The notes under the pieces are model-generated. The model had not been told where the DNA came from. It was given only the letters and a program-made list of their open reading frames with translations, and made no database searches. Positions 50,101 through 61,600 of a stretch of 64,000 bases of DNA are shown piece by piece. The DNA lies in NCBI GenBank assembly GCA_965178125.1, contig OZ237753.1, forward strand, positions 496,001-560,000, written 5' to 3'. Both the position numbers and the translations under genes were made by a program. Every line of letters starts with the position of its first letter. The stretch's first letter is position 1. The DNA comes from Bilabrum cf. latius (lineage: Eukaryota).

Positions 50101-50916
50101 TGGATGCCGCTGTGTGGTGCGAGCGACGAGGCGCAGGAGTTCTCTGGGTCTCGCGTGCTGTCGGGGCGCGTGGAGAATGTGGCCATGCTGCACGCGGTTG
50201 GGGCCACGGCGGGACTGGCTGCACGCGACAGCTTGCTGGTGTTTTCGCTGACATCGGCTCTGTCGACCGCATTCGCGCAGGAGTTCGACAAGGGCGCAGG
50301 TGCTGCGAGGGGCTCCGGGCCAGACGGCTAGGACGGTCCTGATGACGATGCCGAGGGGGAGGCGGTGGATCAGCTGGTCGTGGCCGCGACGTCTGGGGGA
50401 CAAGGCTAGTCAGCTGAGCAGGATAAGGTGGATGGAGCGAAGAAGCGGAGGAAGGCAGCAGAGAAGCGGCAGCAGGCTGCATTCTACCGGATGGAGAGAA
50501 GACTGCACGACACGCTGACTCGCGAGTTTGCCCGGTTTCGCTTCCAGGCAGCGGTGGAGCAGATCCGACGGGTGGCACGCCGCGTGATGGAGCTGGGCAA
50601 GCAGGCTGAGGAAGCTCAGAGGCTGCAGGGCCATGCAAATGGCGAGTTAGTGCACGTGGGCGGCAAGGCCCCTGCAGACGGCGGTCCTGCCCGCGTGGCT
50701 GGGTTTGGGGATGCAGTCCCACAAGAGCCTGAGCCAGCTGAGGGTGGTTTGCTGAGCGTGGCTGGATTGGACCGAGACCGCAGGATCAAGCGGCTTCGGA
50801 AAGTTGCATCAAGGGGCCGGCGGGCTGCACGGCTGCTTGAGCTGGTCAAAGCGGCGGTGCAGAAGCAGAAGTAGCGGCTGCGGAAAGAGGTCAGGGGAGC
50901 CGTGGATGGAATTTAA
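32185..50916 (+). CDS. Giant intronless receptor, copy 1 (~6243 aa): signal peptide, 7 FG-GAP/integrin-alpha-like propeller modules, REJ-like region, GPS site, 5 polycystin-1-like TM helices
   Basis: About 20 ORF pieces share one frame and are separated only by TAG (about 25); the frame ends at TAA 50914-50916. N-terminal [17 protein letters not shown]. Many GDxDGDGxxDLAVGA motifs and SPTPS linkers. REJ-like TYTFRV...VNTPPRPG...[23 protein letters not shown]...WRSDGC...[10 protein letters not shown] at 46453-46563. Hydrophobic segments at ~46660, 47644, 47785, 49873 and 49981. Confidence 0.88.
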
Positions 50917-52666
50917 AGGATCAGCCAATGAAAATGGCCAGGGTTTTGCGTTTTTGGTGAACATGCAGGGTGTGCTTAAAGTTTCGCATTTAAGCACTGG
51001 TAGATCCATCAGTATAGCCCGCGAGGTGTATCAGAAGGCATGAGGGGGAAAACTGGCGAGCGCTGCCCCTCACCGCCCGAATAGCACGCGGCTTGATTGC
51101 CGCTCAAGTCTAATTGTGACCTCTCAACTTGCACCTCCGCATGTGGTCGGGTGATCCGATCCCCCTGATCCGAGTCACTCGTGACCCAAACGCCCGCACC
51201 TCCACCTGCTCGGCCTGTGCCTCCCCCTTGCATTCCACCGTGTCCCGGATCAACCCGATGACCCCACCAATCATCATCTCTGCCACCACTCGCTTGGTGA
51301 ACCGTCACCCCTCTCTACTCCGCCCTCGTCCTAAGAGACCTCATTGGCCTCAAAGGCGCGGAGAATTCTTGTTGGATCGGACCGCGGAGAGTTGTCCTGG
51401 AATCTGGCACCTTCTTGGGGGCACGCGGAACACAGAGCGCAAAAGATAGAAAACTGTGGCATAAAGTGATTGATGCCTAGTGCGCGATGTGTACAATGGA
51501 TGTTGAAGCTGATGTTGGCCCACCCACCCGTGACTCAACAGCAGGGGTGCGACCACACATGCAGCAGCATCTACCGCCTCAAGGGCGATGGTAAGGATCC
51601 GGAGCAAGGGACTCAGCGCAATGCATAATTTTATTCTCTGTTACATCGATACCTGATTAAATTGATATATGCCGGTAGGGGGCTCACGTTCCCTCCGACG
51701 ACATGATGGGTGGAGGTGAGGGCGGGCCGAGGGCGGCCGCCCTGTGGTGGTGCTGGCGGAGGGCCAGCCCACACCATCACCGTCGCCGTCTTTCTCAGCA
51801 ACTGTACGCGGCAGGGTAGATTACCATTAGGTATGCCAAAGCTTTACCACCTCTGTATGGTCCGTCTCCTAGTCCCCCAACCCCAACACGGATTCCGTTC
51901 GGGTACCACCGCCCCCTTCCCGCATTCCTGCCCTGCCTGTGCCTCCTACCTCCATCATGCCATGCGGCTTGTCGACTTGCCCTAGCACTGCGCCTGGCGT
52001 GCGACCGCAGCCACAGCGGTGCAAGCCATTCACGCATCAACCTCATGGCCCTCAGCGAGCTCTCCCGGCTGAAATCTATGTACTGATCGCGACCATTACT
52101 CATTCGTCTACCAGTCACGATGTTAAGTGATCTGTGGGACCCTCCAACTATTTGAAAACTTGAAGCTGTGGCGACCATATCACTTGCATGCTTGGTCGCT
52201 GGCCATTTCAGTGCAGACTCTAAGCCCCCCCTACCATAAATATGGACCTGATCATGGACATTTATAGAACAAACAAAAATGATTCGCAGACCGATATCTC
52301 AATCATTAAAAATAAAATAAAATGTAGACTGATGCAAAAAATGAAGATGAAAGTATGGAATACGGTCCAGGCCAGCGCAAAAGATACGTGGTTGCCGAAA
52401 GCTCAATTGTAAGCCATTCAGCGGCATTGTTTGGAAGGGGAGCCTTGTACTACTATCGACCTGTTTAACGTAGGCTAGCCGCCAAGCAGTTTAGCTTGCT
52501 GCGCGAGTCCCAGAAGCGGTGACCACGTACAAGCTAGAGCAGGCAATCAGCCTGCTTCTTAGAGTCAACGAGAAAAAGCTTGATTGCTTTGGCTGAGAAG
52601 AATCCTTTCTAACTGCAGGTGCGTCCCCGCCTTGCAAATACTGAAATAAGCTAAAATACTACTCGG

Positions 52667-55600
52667 ATGAGATAGCCAGCGAGTACGGTGGCGAGTTGGA
52701 GCCATTCTGAGCGGAGAGATGCCTTCAGACGCGTTCCTAGACAAACCAATCAAGTACAAGTGCTAATTTTTCCCTGGCTGCTTGTGTTGTCGTCTACAAT
52801 TGGCTCAGCAAACCAACAGCTCAGGGACGTGGGCCCATCCATGGCGCCAGGGCAGCTACACCGCGGATTTCTGAACGGAGAGTCAAGACATGAAAGTTTC
52901 ATGCGCCCAATGCGATTTTCAAATGACGCATTTAACAATGAGAACGAACAGTCCCGTGATCCATGCGGATCCCTGTCCGGCCCTGCACACTCCGGCACCA
53001 GGTGTACCAGAGAATCTGCGGCCGGTTAGAATTTACTCCCCAAATGCAGGCGACCGTCCGATGCTGCCTCAAGGCTATTGCAAACTTCACCAAGTCCATC
53101 GCCATCCCCAGCTGAGCCTGGAGTGGTCCTGAGCGCGACCAAGATCGCGCACGGAGTCGGTGGCACAGGCGCGCCCACTCTGTAGAACCACGACTTCTTC
53201 GGGCGCGCTTCAGCGGCTGTCGGTGATATTGATGGAGACGGCATCGAGGATATTGCTGTCAGTGCGAGTGGGGCCGATGATGGAGGCACGGACACTGGCT
53301 CGCTGTGGGTGCTGCTGATGAACAGCAACGGCACGGTGAGGGCCTCGCAGGAGATCTCGAGCACGTAGGGCGGGGCCAGCTACACGCCAGCAGTAAACGG
53401 CGGCTTCGGCATCTCAGTCTCTCCAATTCTTTGCGGATCATACGATTCGTGCGTCCCGGGGATCGCGGTTGGCTGGGCTAGCCATGCAGGCGGTGCCGTG
53501 ATTTTGTTTCGCATGAACGCGGACGCAACAGTGAACCGTACGCAGGTGATCAGTGACGGCGTTGGCGGTCTTCCCCTCGGGACTTATAACTCCAGTGATT
53601 GGTTCGGGGAGTCCATCAGCGGGATGGTCGGTGACGTGGATGCAGATGGCTACAGCGATCTACTAGTGACTGCTCCAGCCTTTGACGCTGGCGGCACTGA
53701 CCTGGGTGCAATGTTCGTGCTGTACATGAACGGTGACGACACAGTGCGGGAGGTGAATCGCATCAGCTAGGCCACAGAGGAGGGTTTGGACGTGTTGTCT
53801 TCATCACGTCTGCATCTCGGACAGTCCATTTGCGCGATTCCGCCGCGATCTGACGGTGCTGTCGCTGACGTGTTGGTTGGGACCGGAACTGAGCAAGTCA
53901 TCGTGATGTTCTCACTGCATTCCACTGGCACGGTCAATAGTACGGTACATGTGATTGGGAGCGGGCTGGGCGGTATGCCAATCGGATCTATTTCGATTGG
54001 TGAGGCATTCGGACGTCCAATTGGATCGATCGGAGATGCCGATGGCGACGGTGTCTTTGACCTTGGCGTAGGGGCCCACTTGGAGGACTCCGGTGGTATA
54101 GACAGCGGGGCAGTGTACATCTTGTACATGACAGGGAACTATTCGAATGACCCGGTGCGTGGCTACACGAAGCTGACAAGGCTGACAACGGGCCTGGGCC
54201 TAGCGATACAAGCCTCTGGGCACCTGAGACCAGCAACACACCATGCAGACATTGATGGAGATGGCCGGACTGACCTTGTGCTAGGCATTGCCCTTGATGA
54301 CACCGGGGGAGGCGAACGTGGTGCCATCGTAGTGGCACTCATGGGTGGATCAGCCGCCAGTGCAAGCCCGACACCGTCTCCCTCTCCCTCTGCAAGCGTT
54401 ACGCCGAGTCCCGCTGCTGCCGGTGATGTTGTGCGTGTCACGAAGATCGGCACCGGCCTATCAGGCTTCCCCAGCGGACTCGTGGATGCTGGCGATTCGG
54501 TGGGTGAGCGCCTGCAGGGCATCGGGGATCTGGACGGAGACGGCGTGCCCGACCTGGCCGTAGGGGCGCGCCGAGATGATGACGGAGCCTCAGGTGCCGG
54601 AGCCGTGTATGTGGTGTTCTTGCAGTCGGACAGCAGCGTGAAGCGCGTGCAGAAGATCTCGTCGCTGGCTGGTGGACTGAACGAGACGCTGGAGGCCAAT
54701 GGGTACTTCGGCTTCTCTGTAGGCAAGCTGCATCAGCCGCTCGGCGACGATGCTGGCATGGTGCGGCTGCTTGTAGGGCAAGAACAAGCCAGCGTTGGCG
54801 GCATACCTAGTGCAGGTCGAGTGTGGGTGCTGCGGCTGTGGCCCGATGGCACCGTGGCACATGCGCAGCCTATCGATGGCCTGCAGGGCGGGCTGGAGAG
54901 GACTGACTTCCACGCCAACAATGACAATCCAACTTTCGGATCCGATGTGCTCGGCGGCATCGGAGATGTGGACAGCGATGGTATCAATGATGTGGCTGTT
55001 GGAGCTAGAAACGCCAAAGGAAGCGAAATACGCGATGGCGCTGTGTACATCCTGTTCATGTGCGCCAATGACACAGCACGCGAGTACAGCAAGATATCCA
55101 GGGCTGCAGGGGGCGGGTTGTCATCTTTAGGACCCAACTTTGACGAAATTGGCCGCACAATCACAGCCATGCCTGTGCTCAATGCCAACAGCACGGCTGT
55201 ATTCACGCTGGTCATCGGCGACTCCATTCCTGACCGTGTGGTCCTGGCGGAGATCGACTCCACGGGATCCGTGCTGAATGGCAGCTCGCTGGTGCAGCTG
55301 GGAAGCGGCGTGGGCGGCATCGCGTCAGGTGATGTGGAATCCTCGGACATTGGATTTGGCCATGTCGTGCAGTACGTGGGTCCGATGGACGACTCGGGTC
55401 AGTTGGTGCTAGCTGTGGGGGCCCCATTTGACGATTCTGGTGACGGTGATGATTCTGGTGACGACGATGATTCTGGTGACGACGCCAATGACGGTGCTGT
55501 GTTTTTGCTTTTCCTGGATCCGCTTGCCGCTGATGCAATGCAGCCTGTGCAGCGCGTGGTGGAGATCAACACCACGCATCCATTGATTGACCCGCTGGCT

Positions 55601-58600
55601 GACGGCGGCGAGTGGATGCATTCGATTGCCCTGCTTGGCGATGTGGATGGTGATGGCCGCAATGACTTGGCCTTGGGCATGCCTGAAGAGACAGTGGGAT
55701 CTACTGAGGACGGCGCGTTCCTGATTGCCACCATGGGCGGGTCGGTGCCTAGTCCGAGTCCGTCTCCATCGCCCACTCCAAGCATCACCCCATCGAGCAG
55801 TGCCACGCCAAGCATGACTCCTAGTAGTATCACTCCCACGCCGAGTCCCGCTGCTGCGGGCGACGTTGTGCGTGTCACGAAGATCGGCACCGGCCTGTCA
55901 GGCTTCCCCAGCGGACTCGTGGATGCTGGCGATCAGTTTGGCGAGCGCCTGCAGGGCATCGGGGATCTGGACGGAGACGGCGTGCCCGACCTGGCCGTGG
56001 GGGCGCGCCGAGATGATGACGGAGCCCGAGATGCCGGAGCCGTGTATGTGGTGTTCTTGCAGTCGGACAGCACCGTGAAACGCGTGCAGAAGATCTCGTC
56101 GCTGGCTGGTGGACTGAACGAGACGCTGGAGGCCGATGCGTATTTCGGCTTCTCTGTGGGCAAGCTGCATCAGCCGCTCGGCGACGATGCTGGCATGGTG
56201 CGGCTGCTTGTAGGGCAAGAACAAGCCAGCGTTGGCGGCGTGTCTAGTGCAGGTCGAGTGTGGGTGCTACGGCTGTGGCCCGATGGCACCGTGGCACATG
56301 CGCAGCCTATCGATGGCCTGCAGGGCGGGCTGGAGAGGACTGACTTTGATGCAAGTACAAGCAAGCATTTTGGATCCGATGTGCTCGGCGGCATCGGAGA
56401 TGTGGACAGCGATGGTATCAATGATGTGGCTGTTGGCGCAAAAGATGCAGACGGCAGCGACACGGGTGACGGCGCAGTGTTGATCCTGTTCATGTGCGCC
56501 AATGACACAGCACGCGAGTACAGCAAGATATCCAGGGCTGCAGGGGGCGGGCTGGCCTCTCTTTCATCAACCTACCGTAGCACTGGCCGCACAATCACAG
56601 CCATGCCTGTGCTCGATGCCAACAGCACGGCTGTATTCACGCTGGTCATCGGCGACTCCATTCCTGACCGGGTGACTCTGGCGGAGATCGACTCCACGGG
56701 ATCCGTGCTGAATGGCAGCTCGCTGGTGCAGCTGGGAAGCGGCGTGGGCGGCATCGCGTCAGGTGATGTGGAATCCTCGGACATTGGATTTGGCCATGTC
56801 GTGCAGTACGTGGGTCCGATGGACGACTCGGGTCAGTTGGTGCTAGCTGTGGGGGCCCCATTTGATGATTCTGGTGACGGTGACAATGGCGGTGCTGTGT
56901 TTCTGCTTTTCCTGGATCCGCTTGCTGCTGATGCAATGCAGCCTGTGCAGCGCGTGGTGGAGATCAACACCGCGCATCCATTGATTGACCCGCTGGCTGA
57001 CGGCGGCGAGTGGATGCATTCGATTGCCCTGCTTGGCGATGTGGACGGTGACGGTCGCAATGATTTGGCTTTGGGCATGCCTGAAGAGACAGTGGGATCT
57101 ACTGAGGACGGCGCGTTCCTGATTGCCACCATGGGCGGGTCGGTGCCTAGTCCGAGTCCGTCTCCATCGCCCACTCCAAGCGTTTCGCCTAGCGCTTCAC
57201 CTACCCCTAGCGTGACCCCATCCGTCACGCCTTCAACCAGCCCAGTCGCTGCCGGCGATGTCGTCTGGTCTGTCGCCATTCGAGACGGCCAGGCCGGGCT
57301 GCCTTCAGGTGTGCACTTGGGATGGGACTATTTCGGGGACGGTGTGGTGAGCCTGGGTGATCTTGATCAAGACGGCATGCCTGACATCGCTGTCGGTGCA
57401 CCGGGGACAGGCATGGATGCCGTTGACAACTTAGGTACTGTGTTTGTGCTGTATCTGCACCGGAACGGTACGGTAAAGAGTCACGTTGAGATCGGGGCTG
57501 GTCAGGACTCGAGCGGGTTTGACTTCGAGCCCAGTGAACTTGGGGAGGGATGGTTCGGTGCAAACCTGGTGGCGATGGATCAACCAGCTGGGGACGAGGG
57601 CCAGCTGCTGCGGCTGGTTGTGGGTCAGCCACAATTCGACAGCGCCTCGGTGAACGCCGGCCGGGTCTGGGTGCTACGACTGCTTCCCAATGCGACAGTG
57701 GCGCATCACCAGCGGATCGGTCAGGGAGAGGGCGGCTTGCCATCCTCGCTGTTTGAGCCGGCATCGCTGTTTGGTGAGGGCCTCGCCACTCTTGGGGACG
57801 TGGATGGGGATGCACTGAATGACTTGGCCGTAGGAATGCATTTGGACGATGCAGTTGGATCTAATGATGGCAGCGTGCACATCCTGCTGATGGCTGCAGA
57901 TGACACGGTGAGGCTTCACTCACGGATCAGCCGGGCAGCAGGCGAGGGCTTGCAGGGCCTGTCTCTGTCTCATCAGTTTCTTGGGTAGGCTGTTGCTGCG
58001 CTGTCTCCTGCTGGGACTAGTCCAGGCCCCGTGGACCTTGCCATGTCGCTTCCTCCGTCCGACATGATCGTGCTGCTTCCACTCAACAGCAGTGGATAGG
58101 CAGGCGGCAATTGGACGGTGATCGCAGATGGACGCGGCGGCGTGCCGGCTTACACGATTGCAGTTGACTCCAGGTTCGGTATTAGCATGGCAAGCATCGG
58201 GGACATCAACGGTGACGGCCATGAGGACCTGGCCGTGGGGGCCAACGAGGACAGCACGGATGGACATCAGCGAGGCGCTTTGTTCCTGCTGTTTCTGGAC
58301 CGCCGCAATGCCACCCTGGAGCCAGTGGTGGGCATCAGTCGTCTTGGGAGCAGCTCAAGTGGCCTGGGGAGTGGAATCGTGACTACGGGTATGAGATTCG
58401 GGTCTGGCATTGCAAACGTGGGCGATCTGGATGGAGACGGCACAACTGATTTGGTTGTAGGCGGTCGATCCGGGGGCACGCAGTTTGCAGGTGCGGTGGT
58501 GGTGATGTTCATGGGGGGCGTGCAGCCGTCTGTGAGCCCAACTCCGAGCACCACTACATCCATCACTCCCACACCCAGCGCCACAGCCACATCGACAGCT

Positions 58601-61600
58601 TCAGCGTCAGCGACTCCAAGCATCACAGCTTCAGGCACCCCTGAGCCTACGACTACCGCGACAGCAACTCCGACATCCAGCGGGACACCATCTCCAACTC
58701 CCAGTCATACTCCCACTCCCACTTCTACTGCAAGCCCGTCAAGCAGTCCGACGTCTGGCACCACTCCATCCGTGTCCCCGACAGCCTCCAGCGCGCCCAG
58801 TCCTGCTGCACCCGGCACCGTGCTGGGTCAGCAAACGATCGGCGGATCCACGGGCGGCGCTCCGTCTACTGTGGCCGTGGCACAGGGCGCCTTTGGGTCT
58901 TCCATGGCGAACCTCGGGGACATCGATGGGGATGGTGTGGAGGACCTTGCTGTGTCTGCTACTGGGACTGGGACTGTATCTCCTGGCTTGGTGGCGGTGT
59001 TCCGCATGGCGGCCAACGGAACCGTCAAAGCGAGCTTCGTGATGGACTCGGACTCTGGCTTGCTGGGCTTGTCGAGTGGCACTGGGGTGACGATGGAGGG
59101 TGCCCGGCTGGGAGCAATGCGGCAGCCGCTGGGCGAGGATCCCGATCTGGTGCGTCTGCTTGTTGGCCAACCCAAGGGAGGCACGGCCAACCCTGAAGGT
59201 AGGCTGTGGGTGGTTCGACTGCAGCCGAATGGTATGCACAAGAGCCATGTGATCATCGGGGCTGACGGCGAGGGCGGCTTTGAAGGCTTCGCGGATGCAC
59301 TGACATCGCTGGGCGGTGGTGTGACTGGCGATGCAGGCGATATGGATGGTGATGGGCTGCATGACATAGTGCTGGGGGGGCCTGGGTACGGGCTGATCTA
59401 CATCTTGTTCATGCGCGCGAATGACACTGTGCGCTCCTTTACTCGACTGAGTCCAGCAGCGGGGGAGGGCTTCGATGCACCTGGGCTGCCGCTTCTGAGT
59501 CTGGGCACATCCATGTCAGCGCTGCCTCCTTTCGATGGGGCGGGCCCTGTGGATCTGGTGCTGGGCGCGCCTGGGAGCGATGCTGTGTTGCTGGCTCCCC
59601 TGGGTCGGGATGGGGCTTTGAGGACTGACGGTGACGCACGCGTCGTGCAGATCTCGAATGGGAAGGGAGGAGTGCAGGACGGGTCCGTGTCGCAAGGGTC
59701 ATTCTTCGGCTTCGCCGTGCAGTCTGCTGGTGACATGGATGGTGATGGCCAGTACGACCTGGCTGTGGGGGCTCCATTGGATGCAGGAGGGGGCACGGAC
59801 AGAGGCGTGGTGTACTTGCTGTTTCTGGATCGGTCCAATGGCACAACAGTGCCTGTACAGAGTCAGCAGGTGATAGGCAGTGCGACATCTGGATTCCTGT
59901 CTCGGCTGGTGTCCGACTTCGATACGTTCGGAGCCTCGGTGGCGGTGATGCCTGACCTGAATGGGGATGGACGGAGCGACCTGGTGATCGGCCGGCCGGG
60001 CTCCACGGTAGGCGCGCAGTTCAGCGGATCAGTGGAGGTGGTGTTCCTGAGCGCGGCCTTCCCAAGCGCCACACCATCAGCGTCGCCATCAGTCTCCATC
60101 ACAGCCAGTCCATCGGCCTCCAGCTCACAGTCAGTACAACCATCCAGCACGCCTAGCAGTACGCCAGGACCAGCTCCGGTAGTTTCAGCATCTGTGACAT
60201 CTGGCTCATATCTGCTTGACTACTGCGATGGCAGGGTAGAGTTGTCGGCTACAGGCAGCAGGGTGGTGGCTCATGGCAGCGGGGAAGGCTTGCGGTACGA
60301 ATGGTTCGTGGGCGTGCATCCCAGCTCGCCAGATGCAGGATCTGCAGATGTGCGGCTAGCCGTGGCTCGGCTGGCATCTGCACTACAAGGCCTTGCATCT
60401 GTGCCAAGCTTTGCGAGCAGTGATGCACTGGTGCTGCCAGTAGTGGCTGCATCGGACGCAGGCCAGCGCAACTTGCAGGCAACACAGGCGCTGGATGCTT
60501 CTTTGCTGGCACTGCCGCGAGTGGGCCTGGGGCAGCGTGTGGTGTTTGAGGTCAAGCTGCGTGCAAGGGACGCGAGTCGGGGATTGGACTCGAGCAGCCC
60601 CCTTGGGATCAGCACTCGGGGCAGCATTGCGTCCTTGGCTGTGACGAGCGTAGGTGTGCCTCGACCAGTGCTGACCCCGCGCAATACTAGTGCTGTTGTG
60701 GCAGGCCGCACACAGAAGCTGTAGCTTGGGCCCCAGCCTGAGATGTGCGGATCCGCGGGAGTGCAAGTGCCTGCTAGGAGCCGACTTGCGCTGGCATTCG
60801 ACTGGGTGCAAGTGGCCTCTGTGCAGGACAGGGCGCTGGCTCTGGATCCGTCAAGGCTGGTATCTGTCGGGTCTGGATCGCTTGTATCACGATCAGTGGT
60901 AAGAGGATACACGGATGTGACCTCTTATTTGACTGGTGTGCAGGATGGGCTAGGGCAGCCTTCCTCCAGCCCCACACCGTCAAACACGCCGAGCGCGTCT
61001 GGAACACCCTCATCAACAGGGACTGCATCAGCTGCCACTACGCCGTCAGCAAATGTATCTCCATCAGCGTCGTCATCTTCATCTGCTTCTGCCACAGCGA
61101 CTGCCACAGCGACTGCCACCAGCTCCACCTCCATTGTATCGCAAATTCCCAGCACCACGCCATCGCCAACCTCGTCCGGTGGTGGTGGGCAGGTTGGTGA
61201 TCCAGGTTTGGATGATCCCATCAATGGTCCTGGCGGCCGCGGCTTGGATGATCCCATCAATGGCCCTGGCATACCTGGCTTGGATGATCCCATCAATGGT
61301 CCTGGCATACCTGGCTTTGACGATCCCATCAATGGTCCTGGCATACCTGGCTTGGATGACCCCATCAATGGTCCGAACACTAGAGTCCGAAGGTCTCGCA
61401 CGCTCCTGCAGAGCTGGTGGGATGCCATGTTTGGCACCGTTGAGGATGAAGAGGCTGAAGAGCGGTCCATGAATCATGGATGTGTTGGCCAAGAGTACTG
61501 CGGCTGGGGTAGTGATGATGAATTCGGGAGTGGTGATTCACTGGTTCGACAGCCCAGCCTTCGTGATCAAATCGAGAAGGCTGGCATCGCAGCATCAGAG

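Noticed and set aside
50917-52666. Possible small gene or relic between the two giant genes
   Set aside because: Only short ORFs with no recognisable motif, even with TAG read as Gln. I could not build a consistent exon model.
61201-61380. 36-bp periodic repeat resembling a CRISPR array
   Set aside because: There are no unique spacers, it is an in-frame coding repeat with synonymous variation, the context is eukaryotic and no cas genes are present.
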